DNA of 64,000 nucleotides from Orbicella franksi (lineage: Eukaryota): NCBI GenBank assembly GCA_964199315.1, contig OZ116702.1, positions 1,240,001 to 1,304,000 on the forward strand, given 5' to 3'. Positions 15,201 to 26,808 of this stretch are shown in pieces. Numbering within the stretch: the stretch's first letter is position 1; every line of letters starts with the position of its first letter. Under the pieces are notes generated by a model, which saw only the letters and a list, made by a program, of their open reading frames with translations, was not told the origin of the DNA and ran no database searches. Made by a program: the position numbers and the translations under genes.

Positions 15201-18200
15201 ATGCAGTGCAATACAGTGCAACACAGTGCAATACAGGGCAATACAATGCAATACAATGCAATCAAAATTTATTAATATGTAAGAAAACATAAAAGGAAAC
15301 ATCAGAGGTTATGAGTTTCCCAATATAATCATCTGTGTTCTGTTGGTTCAACTTTGTAGAAGGTAAGTTTGCAACTAGTTGTACTGTTAATAAAACCTGA
15401 AACAGACTTAAGTGTATGTACATGCACATGTACCTTATACAGTGTATATGCCACTCAATCCCAGAATGCCCAGTGGCACATAGGGCTTCAATAGTGTATA
15501 TGAACATATACCTTATACAGTTGTAATGTTTGAATGCTCTAGCTGCCTTCTCACACTCAAGGCACAAATCAATGGCACCTGGGTAATCCTCTTCCTACAG
15601 AAAGTAACATTCATTGACTTGTACATGTAATCTATACTGACAAGAGATACATCTGCTAAATTAAAATATTCTTTAACTAAGCCAAAGAATGACCTTTTCT
15701 CCTGACCTAAAATATTAATGTTATTGTCAAAGAGGTCTGCATGATATGATATACATATTTAATTATAACACATTGAGATGGCACAACATGACTTGTACAT
15801 GTAACAATTGACAACTGAGATAGATTGTTGTTTTCATTTGTGTTCTAGAGTGAAGATTGGCCATGTAAGTTGCCCTTGCTATCTTCTTCATATATTTCTA
15901 TAATCTAATAATAACCACGTAACAAATTATATCAGAAAACATTCTTTGATTACGGGTAGTCACTTCCATTCAAACTCTAAGCAATAAATTAAGCTCCACA
16001 CAAATCCATATATACATTTGTATGTTAAAAAACTTGTCTGAAAATGAACGATAGCCCACATTTGAGAGAGTGTAATTATAACATTTTGAGGAAATTTTCA
16101 ACTGAGGGTCTTACAGTGTGTTAGTCTTAGGAACAGTGTTCTAAGATAATTTGTCAAAAGTTCATCAGTAGTCCTATCCTAGCCAAAGCTTTTTAAAAGA
16201 CTTCATGTGATTAAAACCATGCCTTGAGCATGTCACTTTCAGGTGTTCAGGAAGTCACATTTTTCCCATTACCAAGATAAATGTAACTCTGAACTAGCCA
16301 GGATTATCAATAGAGGTTGTGTATTACTGTTGTTCTCAAGTTTGACCAGTCAGTAATAAAAGGAGACCAATAATTGCTGGAAAATATCAGTATTAATTTG
16401 TTTGCATGGGCTGAATGGGCCACCCTGTTTAAATTAAGTTTTACTTTACTTTACTTTACTTTGACATCAGAACTACCATATTGCTGTATAACATGATTAT
16501 AATTGTAATTCTATCCCAACTTCTTTCTCCTCCCCTTCCACCCCTTATCTTGAAGTGAATATATATAGATATCTTGTTTGTAAAGAATGTAATGTACCTC
16601 AAGCATTTCTTTCAGTCTGACATCTGTCCTTTGCTGAGAAAAATAAGATAATAAAAAGTTAATAATTATTTAATTTACTTGGCAACTACACTCAAATACT
16701 CCACTCCAACTTTATATATTTAAAAAGTTAAATCAATTGTTGTTGGAAAGACAATGATTCATTGTTAGGCTTAACAAGCATGACATCATCGGTTCTTCAG
16801 GTGTTTCACAGTACACATGTCTCATATGGACAAAATCTTATTACGGGTTATGCAAGTAATATCCACATGGGGTACAATGTATCTTCTTCCTTACCAAGGT
16901 CTTAATTGTTCTCAGAGACTCAAGCAGAATGAGTAGATGCTGTTTCTTGCGGTGTTTGGCCAAAATTCCTAATCCACCAACAGATACTCCTCTTTTGGCC
17001 TTGTCCAAGTGTCTTGAAAATAATAAAAAAGGAAATTTTGGAGGCAAACTACTTGTATCATCCTCACTTGACCAGTATCAGGGTGTCATTTAACTCTATC
17101 AGTTTTTATATATTAAGCACATCAGAGAGGGAACAGAACCTTTAAAAAAATTAAAATGGCTATAAAATGTGTCCAGTGAAAATGTTATTGTATTGCTCAA
17201 TGCACTGCTTGTCTCTATTTGAAATGCCAGAAAACAAGACCTGTAAATTAATGATTGCTCTGATGAATCCTTGGTTGCCCATTAAAAACAACATTTACCC
17301 ATTGATTTGAAAGTGTGGCTTTCCGCTGGCAGAGGAACTAAAGAAGCAGAAAATGTTTTTCTCACACACGGCTGAGAGGCTGAGTACAAGTGTGCTGGGG
17401 GTTTTCAGGTCATGTGGCTTGTGTAAGGTTCAGTTTTTGTCTTTCCATCTGCCATTGCCTGACATGCCCCACCCACCCACCCATGAAGTATTTTTAGAAT
17501 GCATTAAGTTGAAGTGAAATATTATTCTCTAGCTATTTTTTTGTGTCATTGTAAGACAGCTATGTTGTTCTGTTAATATAGGTCAAGCTGCATGGTTGGG
17601 CTTGGCATGGCTCCCAGCAGTGTGTGAGAAGTGTTTCACATGTGTTATTGCAAAAATTAGATTTTACAAGAATGAAAAAAATGAGCCAATTTTGAAGTCC
17701 AGCCAGACTCTTGACTTCACTGTAAAATAGTTGACTGTTGAACTAGTTGGTCATCTCAGATGACTGAATGGCCACTAATATTTCAATAGTTGACTGACAG
17801 TGAACTTGTTGGTCATATCAGATGACTAAACAACCACTTTTTTTCAAGCACTGTATGTTGTACTGCACTTTCATTAATTATTTTTTGAAAACATTTTCAT
17901 GTCCAGTACAGAGAGGTATTTGCAATGTGCAATTCAACAAGCTCAAGAAACTTTGATCCAACCTTCTTCCTCTGTCACAGATTGAAGAGGCAGTGTGTAA
18001 TGATTCTTGCAAGTCCATCACTCTTTGTAATTCCTGGAAAATATTCAAAGTATCACAAGGCACAGTGTTTCTTCTTTAAATAACTTAGTGGTCAAAAGAT
18101 CAAATGACAGTTGATGACACAACACTTTTTTCACAGACACATGATCGTCATCACATGCATTTCTGATTAACTGAATGGCAGAGATTATAACTGATGATTG

Positions 18201-21200
18201 TTAGAAAGGGTATGTATGGAGCCTACAAACTCCTTTAATTTCAAACTTCAGCATTAACTATGTACCCCCTCTGGCTGGACAGAAACAACCAAACAATAAA
18301 GCTCAAAAGCCACAGCACCAGTTTGATAATTCAACAATCATAAAAACTTTATTCTACACTGCTCTAAATTTATACACTAAACTACATGTAATAAAAAAAA
18401 TTGCTGAATACTAGCCATACTATGTAAACTACAACAAGGGGTTTGTTTTTATTTTTTTATTTGGAAATATAATAATTTATAACTCCTGAGACTAAAACCA
18501 TAACTGCCGTTCTACATGTAGCAATTGAAACATTTTGCACCAGTTCAAAGTATTTTGTACCGGTTCAGAAACAAACTGTACCAAAGGCAAAATTGAACTA
18601 CAACATATACATGTATATTTATATGCCAGGAGAGAAGTTGAGGTCTTTTGCAGCAGTCACTACAAACCCTCATTCGCTGAGTCCAGCAGGACTGATAAAG
18701 GCCATGCTTTGAAACACAACATATATAAATTACATAATGTGTCAAGTAATTCTTGTATTTTGATTAGTTCTTAGTTATGATCTATCAGAGGAGAGATGCA
18801 TTGGTGTCGTCATTAACATTTTTTTTTTGGTTTGTTTCTTTATTACACAAAACAAGTAAATTCCATGTTGCAATGCATCTGTTCAGTAATAGATCACAGA
18901 AGACACCAAAAAATGTGAAATGAACAACAGCACTTCACACACTCACCTGATGGCTCATTTCCCACTTTTCTGTTCTTACCACATTTTGACATCAGCAGCA
19001 ATCTATTACTGAACAGACACATGGCAACATGGAATCTATTTGTTAATCTGACAATGTCAAGGTGTTTCTGAATGTTACCTGTACATATGCACTGTGATTT
19101 TCAAGAACCTTTGTGTACAGTGTTTTTGAGACCTAGAATAAAAATTAAATTTTTAAGAATTCAGCATGTCATCAGATGATAGTTTTACTAAATATTAAAA
19201 AGTTTTTTAGGTCTATCCATTTCAATTGATCCATTTGAGTTGGAGTTTCACGTCTGAATTCAAAGTTAAAATATTCAGAGTTTGAGTTCAGGGTAACAGT
19301 CCCTATTTTTAGTCCCAGTGTGCTCTGGTTATAACCTATATTAGACTACTTAGGTTAGATTTATTAGGGTTAGATTTGGGATAATAGCTTTTATTTAAAG
19401 GTACATGTACGTGTAAGGTAATACTAAATTAGATTCATTGAATTACAACTCTAAAAGTCAAGGAACATAAAAAGATGGAAGTTAGACTCTGACTTGAAAT
19501 TTCAATGCAAACACAATATTATTCTAACATGACTTTAACTGTGACTTCAACTAAAAAATTAAATGAAAGTCATTCAAATTCCCTCAAATGGGTGTTGTAG
19601 AGTAAACATTCCATGAACCCACTATCGGTGAGGAAAGTTAAACAGCAAATCCATCCTTTAAGAGAATCAAGAGGAGTCGGTTTTCTTAGATCTGTAAATG
19701 CCTGGTTCCACATTATTACTGGTAACACATTACAGTGAGGTGACAATGTTATATCAAAAATATCAAATCTAAATCCTTAGCCACAATAATGAAAACAAAT
19801 AATTAGTCTTACTGCCTGGAGTTGTCGTCGAAGATCATTTCTGTAATCATCCAGTTCATCAAGATCTAGAACTTCTGGAAGTTGCTTTAAAAAACATCAA
19901 ACAATAAAATTACATTTGATCAATTTTTAATAATTATACAACAGGAATACCAACTATAAATATTGTACATTCAATAATATTATTCTAAACTATCTGAGTG
20001 TGCTTCCTGCATCGTTCACTCTACAAACACTAGCAATAAAATAAACATTCCGATGAAATAGTGGATGTACAGTGTAGAGCCTCTGTGTGAATATGCCACT
20101 ACTAATTAATCTTAGTTATTATTTATTAATTACTTATTTAATTTATAATTGGATAATGCATATAAAAGAGTTCTTGTCCAAGAAACTGAATAATTAGAAT
20201 TCTTTAACAGACTAATAAACAGCTGCACTGCATATATATAAATATCTCCAGGATTTATGAAAACCGTGTTAAATTTTTGCCTGACTGTCGGCTATCACTG
20301 GCAGTCAGGCTTTCGCAGCACTTGAAAACCCAGGGTGTCTTCCATCAAGCGGGGTTGTAGCAGACAGCCCAAGGTTCTGGTTACCAGCTGGTGCCCAGTT
20401 GGGCTTCAAGGGCCTTAACCCAGAGGGGTGGACTGGGCCACGGAGAGAGGGATTTCTGTCAGTAAAACTGATGTTTCCTCTGCAGGACAGTTTTGCCAAC
20501 CAAGCTAAGCAAGTTTAGGGACTGGTAGCCAGCCAGTTACACACAAGCAAGGTGGTTAAGTAGGCTGTACAGTGACAGACTGCCTGTGATTAATTGACTG
20601 AAAAGCCTGTGTATTTCCTGGAGAAGTGGCAGGGTCACTATGCTGAAATTGACACAGTTTTCATAAATCCAGACATATACATATATACACTGTATATTGG
20701 TTAGAAGCTATCAATAAATGTTTCTGCAGCTACTGCACTTACATGAAGTTCATAATCACTGGAATCAAATGAGGTGTCACTGAAATATATCTCTTTTATT
20801 GATCCTAACACCTGAAGAAATAAAATGTTTGCAAGGGAGAGGAGCTAGTATTAATCGTGAGGTAAACAGGTGTCAGCAAACTGGGAATATATGTCAGCAT
20901 TGATAAACAAATGGGACAGAAAACAGGCACAAACCTCTTCATCACTACGAGGGTCATCCTGGAATTCACGCACATCATCCTAAAAAATAATGAACAATTA
21001 TTAGACGAGGTTGAACAAAATATCATGATTTGTCAGTGGTGAGAAGATCAATTACTTGTGCCAAAGGATGAGGCAACTAATTGATCTGTGAAACACTGAC
21101 AAATCATGATATTTTGAGATAACTGAGTTCAATAAATATATCTATGACAGCTAAGGAAAGCGATCTGCCATTTTCCACCCAAGAGTGTGGTTACAATAAT

Positions 21201-22386
21201 TGTTATGCAGGAGCAGAATATTATTTCTAGCTAAACACACTTAGATAATACTATGCATGAGTAGACAGTTATCTGTAGTTAGTTATTTGCAGGTCACAAG
21301 ATGGGCTCTTAGCCAATGAAAAGGAAGAAAAAAGTTTCAAATGATAATCAAGGTTATTGGATTAAGTTATTCTCTCCCTGCGTTATCTACTTATTATTTT
21401 TTTCTTGTTAGACATAGACATAGACATAGACAAAAATACAATAAATAAAAAACTTTATTATTAACTTTATTAATTAATGTGCCAAAATCCTACATGTCAC
21501 TGTAAAATAGTGAGCTAATTTGGGACACCTATACTAATTTAGAGCTACACATAGATGCATAGACATAAACACAGACATAGTTTATTTTACTTGGTCGCAC
21601 ACTTAGGTGTGGTAACAGTGCATCCCATAGACTTGATAAGAGTCTACAGGATGCACAGCTAGTATAGAGGTGTGCCAAGAAAACAAAATAACAAGGTAAA
21701 ATGTTCATATTTTAAAACTAAATATTAACTAAACTAAGATTATATAACAATTAACTTTAAAATATCTAAAAATATATAAGAATATAAAAAAATGTATAAA
21801 AATTGTACAGATAAAAACTATGCATAAGTAAGATATGAAAAGGAGAAAGATATATATAAAAAGAGGAGTGATATTGTACATGTGAGCTTTATAAAAGGGT
21901 TAACCAATCTACTAAAGCTGAAACAATCGCACTTAAAATTAAGCATTAAGCTCTAATTATAAATACATGATCATTTCCTCAAAATAAAAGCGTTTGTTAG
22001 TAATTCTCTGTTGTCAAACAGTAGCTGTAACCCTGCATTTGAGCTTGGGCTTATTAAGCTTAATTTAATAATTTATTTAATTTATTAAGCTTTAAATGCT
22101 TAAAACAGGCATCGGGTTCCGATCCGTTCAAAGACAAATAAGTATTACTCACAGACCTTATATAAAATTTCAGATAGGTTCTCCGTAGAGCCTCCATCAA
22201 GAGAATCTTTCTGAGGACGCTAAACAGAAAAAGAGATACAAATCGAACTTCACAACATTGAGCATATTTTCCTACAAACTGAGCCGATATTTTGACAAAC
22301 TGACTCGCATAATTTGTCGTCACCAAGTAAAATACTGCACTTACGTCTAGGCCAAGAAAGGTGCGAAATCGATTCCGTAGAGCCAT
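204..22386 (-). CDS. VPS50: Syndetin / VPS50 (CCDC132), EARP complex subunit; 35 coding exons, about 964 aa
   Basis: Exons read on the minus strand, all with GT-AG ends and consistent phase: 22345-22386, 22157-22219, 20935-20979, 20743-20811, 19813-19884, 19079-19132, 17963-18033, 16895-17012, 16598-16633, 15512-15594, 15069-15111, 14791-14970, 13920-13985, 13783-13830, 12962-13132, 11848-11942, 11496-11685, 10001-10088, 9448-9536, 8779-8875, 8649-8703, 8276-8370, 7579-7670, 7063-7092, 6436-6513, 5535-5576, 5352-5443, 4998-5094, 4811-4885, 4165-4248, 2758-2798, 2170-2250, 1944-2042, 1601-1691, 204-326 (sum 2895 nt = 965 codons). Peptides match vertebrate VPS50 as I recall it: [147 protein letters not shown]. 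Exons 2, 24 and 26 are poorly conserved and were placed mainly by splice signals and phase. Confidence 0.95.
1211..1376. repeat. Long imperfect palindrome (terminal hairpin of a repeat element starting near 965)
   Basis: Arms of about 75 bp (..GTTCACTGACAATGAAC.AGAAACTTTCAATAC.GCAC / GTGC.GTATTGAAATTTCTCGTTCATTGTTAGTGAAC..) around the loop TCGGCAAAGCCTC; CTGATTGG at 1010. Confidence 0.8.
10735..11195. repeat. Minisatellite: about 160-bp higher-order unit built from (GG)TTAGCCTAA subunits
   Basis: CATGGCT recurs at 10864, 11026 and 11184; about 13 degenerate GGTTAGCCTAAA copies. Confidence 0.8.
15190..15262. repeat. Tandem 10-bp repeat (CAATACAGTG)n
   Basis: About 7 degenerate copies visible. 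Confidence 0.85.
18855..19046. repeat. Long imperfect palindrome in a VPS50 intron
   Basis: ATTCCATGTTGC.ATGCATCTGTTCAGTAATAGAT versus ATCTATTACTGAACAGACACATGGCAACATGGAAT; centre TCACCTGATGGCTC. Confidence 0.75.
20246..20673. mobile_element. MITE-like element in a VPS50 intron
   Basis: Inverted ends GGATTTATGAAAACCGTGTTAAATTT and AAATTGACACAGTTTTCATAAATCC, flanked by TA-rich runs. Confidence 0.6.
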
Positions 22387-22755
22387 AAACTTCACGTAGT
22401 TGCACAAACTACGGTGTTGGAGTTTTGACTAATTTCTTTATGATAACTCCATGATTCTTCTGATTCTCCATGATTAGTTTTCGAAAATCGAGCAAAGAAT
22501 TTATTTAGTCAGCGGTCAAAGCTTTTCTCAGGAAGATACGTCATATAACTTAAGAGCACAGTTCACCTTTGATATATAAAGCTTCCATTTAGCGCGAAAA
22601 TATGCTTATGCGTCAGTCAATACCAGCAGTGCCCATCCTCCCCCCGGGCTAACCCCCGGACATTAGTATTTTTCTAAAAAAATGGGCAAATTCCCCGGGG
22701 TGGGGACACATCTAGTTCTAAGATATCTTAGGCCATATCTTCATGAGTTGATATA

Positions 22756-22900
22756 GCAGGTATATGTGGGGGGTTAGTGAGATGTAGGCTGTGTAGGTAT
22801 GTGTAGGGGATTTTTGAAATGTGGACTGTGTAGGTATATATGGGGGATTAATAAGAGGTGGGCTGTGTAGATATGTATGGGATTAATGAACTGCAGGCTG
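22756..22900. repeat. Purine-rich minisatellite with a 36-38-bp unit, upstream of VPS50
   Basis: G(C/T)AG(G/A)TAT units start at 22756, 22793, 22831 and 22867, each ending G(G/A)CTGT. Confidence 0.75.
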
Positions 22901-23086
22901 TGAGGGGATATTGGGGGGATATTTAAAGGGGTGGTTGAAGAAGAATACTTTATTATATATCCGGGAGGTACTGTTTTAAGAGAGATTAAGAGAGATGTGT
23001 ATATTGCGGTGGAGTTAACTGACCGCCCAACCATCCGGGTGGTGTCGCACTTATAAAGCGAAAAAACAAAAAGATTTGGCTGTGAG

Positions 23087-23169
23087 CCAATGAGAAAGCC
23101 TTGACGTCATAGCCAAACTAGACAAACGAGTTTCTGAGACCGGCTGGATTTGATTATTCAAAATGGCGG
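23087..23169 (+). promoter_or_regulatory. Cluster of promoter-type motifs: CCAAT (23087), CRE TGACGTCA (23102), YY1-like AAAATGGCGG (23160)
   Basis: Exact motif matches about 0.7 kb upstream of the VPS50 start; they could instead belong to a transposon end. Confidence 0.3.
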
Positions 23170-24149
23170 ACATACCTTAATTAATTTAAGGTTATAATAT
23201 GTTAATTTGCCAAACATTCTTTATATGCACGCTTATGTTCTGTAACGGCTTTGTAATTTATGTTATATATACAGTTATATATTAAAATACGCGTTCACCT
23301 TCTGTATCTTGATTTACAGTAGCCACATTAGGCCTTGCTGAGTGATGACGTTCGTTTAAAGTTCTCTCTGCCCTCTAATATTACATGTTGCAGCGAAAGG
23401 GTAGTTCAAATTCGTCGACAACGTCCACCGTCTACGAATGCCTACGTGCGAGCGAAAACAACTTCCGGTGCCTCGCCGCCTAAAGCATCACAATTTTCAA
23501 TGTTACTCCACCAGATATAATTATTTCCGCAGCATTTAGATTTGTGGTCAATTAAGTAGCGAGATCTCCGAGAACTGGAAGCTATGGAAAGAGAAATACT
23601 GTAATAATTACTTGGTTTGGAGCGGGAAAGCCCCGAGTTTCATCTCGCCACGTTCAGAGGAAGATGCAAACGATATTGCCATGTAGCAATGGGGAAGATG
23701 AAAAGGTATTGCATCGGCGGAGTAACGTAAACGAGATTGTTTCAGCAGGAGAAAAAAACTTCCCACCGAAACGCTCGACAACTTAATCGCTGAATTAAAA
23801 AGAACCCATGGCAAAGAGCTTCAATTTATGTGATTTTTTACGGTTTTTATACGATACTCTCATCTGCGTTCGACTGGTCTTGGGATAAAACATGAGCAAA
23901 GCACAAAGCAGCCCATGACTCTAAAACCTCGCTCAGGCTAAATACGTAATGACATCGTTCAATTCTAAATGGAAATACGAAAAATTAGCAGTTCGACTCC
24001 TCGTTCGCGTTCGCGGTCATTTTGCGTTGTTGTTTTGCAGAGGACGGCTATGAAATGTACAAAGGTTTACGGCTGAACACACTTGTACAGACTTTGTTTT
24101 GCTCATTAAACCTTTTGTTTGGTGGTGCTTATTGAAGTCGTGGTTTGCT

Positions 24150-24458
24150 CCAGACTCCATCCACACTACGCCGGAGGAATTTAACAACGCATACAGCTTT
24201 ATTTCTGCGGTTAGGCCTACGGTCCAGAGTAATCCATCACGAAAACGGAGCTTTTCGAAAACGCTCGTCAAACCAGAGGAATTTGAAAACGCCGACTTTG
24301 AGTTTTCGTGTGGACGGAAAACATTTTAGAACGGACCTTTTCGTACACGATAGGATCAGGAGAACCATGTGATTTCCCTGGCCGAGATTTCCTCAAACAA
24401 AAATATAAAACGACCGGTGATGGTTACGTTTTTAAATTCCTCCGGTGACCGGGCCTAA
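24150..24458 (-). repeat. MITE-like repeat (CCACACTACGCCGGAGGAATT family), copy 1
   Basis: Reverse-complement similarity to 48377-48760 across about 300 bp (AGCTTTATTTCTGCGGTTAGGCCTAC, AAACGGAGCTTTTCGAAAACGCTC). Confidence 0.8.
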
Positions 24459-25189
24459 GCTTCCTAGGCTCCTAATGAAGTCAATAATCAGACGGCGTTC
24501 TTCAATGAGTCCAATGAGAAAACAATCGGAGGAGGTCCCACGCAAAGGAAAAAAGCACCATAAATAAACACCATAAACAAAATAAAAATTTAGGAGCGGA
24601 ACTCTAAAGACCTCGATCAAATTTAATATTCGTTATATTTTACTAGCATTATCAAAAAGGCTGACCCGGTGGCTAAATAAAGTTTTACTTTACTTGCCGG
24701 CTTTTACTGTCGAATTTATCAGATGGAACCTGGAACACATACACGTTTAACAAAACGAGCGGCTTGTCGTTGTACACCTTTAAATCTGGATGTCATGAAT
24801 TTCCCTTTAGGTATGCGAATCACATACCCTGGTATTCGATAATAAATTGTATACCCAAGATCTGGATGTCGTGAGTTTCCTTTTGGGTATGTGAATCCCA
24901 CACAGATGGTCTCTTACTAATGAATAACAAGAGTTTTACTTAATATACAGGCAACATTTGTGTCAAGATCTTTACACCTGCAAATCTTTTTCTGTGCGGC
25001 AACGTTCCTATGTCTGTAAAGGTTATAACGTGGCTTTTGAATTCAGTTAGGTCTTTATGACGACGTTCATTAAGTAGCACACAAAATCTTTCCTCTTGTA
25101 GTCTCTCTTTGCTTACACAACTGTCTTCTCGAGCGGTATAAAATGACACCAAACTCTAACGTGTGTCAACCATGACAGCATCAATATAA

Positions 25190-25759
25190 CTATTGGGATG
25201 GAAGACATTTTCGTTGCAGCATTAGTAAGTTTATTGAGGAGGGAGGCAAAGGTTTTGCATGAGACAACCAAGTCGGACAACCGATTCTCAGAAGCTGCTA
25301 AGGCCTACATTTCTGATTCCTTACCACCAGCCTTGGCCTCCTCTGATAGTGAGAGCCTCAGTGATTCTGACTCTGATTAGTGACAGACACTGATCTGTGA
25401 CCTGTGACATTTAATAACCAATCTGCGTTAACCAAACTTCTCTTTAACAGTTTCTTTCAGATATTAAAAGATGTTGTTGTTGTTGTATTTTTTGTCAAGT
25501 TTAAATAGGATCTAAAAATGACTGCGACTGGGACTTTTATATAGTTCAGTGGCACAAAGCTCATTTATATTAGCTCTGTAACGTTATGAGTTCAAAGATC
25601 ACTGTTTATATAAACTTGTATAATGTTAAAAAAAATTAAGTGCCTCCCTCAATGTTGTGTCAAATTTATGTTAACCCTCCCGTTTTGGGTTGGTAAAAAG
25701 TTAATGACCCTCCCCTGAATTCCTCCGGCTCATCCCCCCTTCTACAAATGAATGCTCCC
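25190..25759. mobile_element. One-ended remnant of a related TIR element (right terminus ...GAATGCTCCC|TTA)
   Basis: On the reverse strand the end reads TAA GGGAGCATTCATTTGTAGAAGGGGGATGAGCCGGAGG, similar to the 39152 TIR. It is preceded by a short ORF with an acidic tail (25198-25380, SSDSESLSDSDSD). I could not find the left end. Confidence 0.4.
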
Positions 25760-26808
25760 TTACTTCCAATATTTCCTGCCGCGTTGGGAGAAAGTAAATC
25801 GAAGGAGCGCTCGGCATGACGGGAAAGCATGTTTCGCGAGATAACCAGGACGTTCCTTTGATTGCATTACCTTTTGCCTTTGGTTCAAAATGAGGATTGG
25901 CCAAAACCAATTTTTCCTGACATGTTCATTTTCATGTAAATTGACCACAAATTCCTTGTCATTAGAAAGAATTTACCCCAAGCCTCATTTTGAAACAGAG
26001 GCAGGGCTAAACAGAACCGACAATTTATTACCAAATTTAAAAGGTTTTCTTTCGGGTTACAATGTGCCGCTATGTAACGATTTAGAGGACATGATGAGTT
26101 AAATTAACTCCAAGTGAATTATCTCTGAAGTTATTTGAAGTGTTGGAAATCAACCCAACTTTTTCCTTTTGATTGTTAGCCCCAAAAAGGAAGTGGGAGA
26201 CCACATGAGGTAAAGAAAAACTCTTTGACTTCACTGACCAACTGAGCTACAAGACCACAGCAGGTCGTAAGAAACTACGCTGGTAATTCATGGCAAGGTG
26301 GATATTGAGGGTCAACATTTTTGCCTCGTGTGGTCGGTTGTTTCCTTTCTAATGGAAAATCTAGTCCGTTCAATTCGCCCCCAGCCCTTCCCAACCCCCC
26401 TTACAGAAAAAATGGCTCAAACTAGGCCCAGCAAAAACCCAATCAAGAAAAAAAGACACACGTTCCTGAACAATCATATCAGAAAGCAGCTTTCATTCAC
26501 TGTTCATTTGACCGTTCACGCTGGGATGTGCAAATGGCCAATAAAGTAAGCAAGTCAAATGATGGTATTTCTGCTTGATTTAACACACTTATAAATGTTT
26601 AATAGACCACCTGGCTGCCGTCAAATAACATAGCCAAGCAGTTATGTGGAAAAACAGAGTCAAGAAAATCGTGAAGGCTGCGACCGAAAAAGAACAAGGA
26701 TTTTGTATTGTTTCTGGCCTTGAATGTGCAACTTAATTCATAACTGAGAACAAGTGATCCCAAGCGATTAACACTACAAACTGAACGAACATATCTCTAC
26801 ACGCTGAC

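Noticed and set aside
20305-20499. GC-richer 64-aa ORF in a VPS50 intron
   Set aside because: Lies inside a MITE-like element, does not fit the VPS50 exon chain, and has no recognisable motif.
10735-22900. CRISPR-like interpretation of the spaced repeats
   Set aside because: Eukaryotic context, degenerate repeats, spacers that are themselves repeated, and no cas genes.
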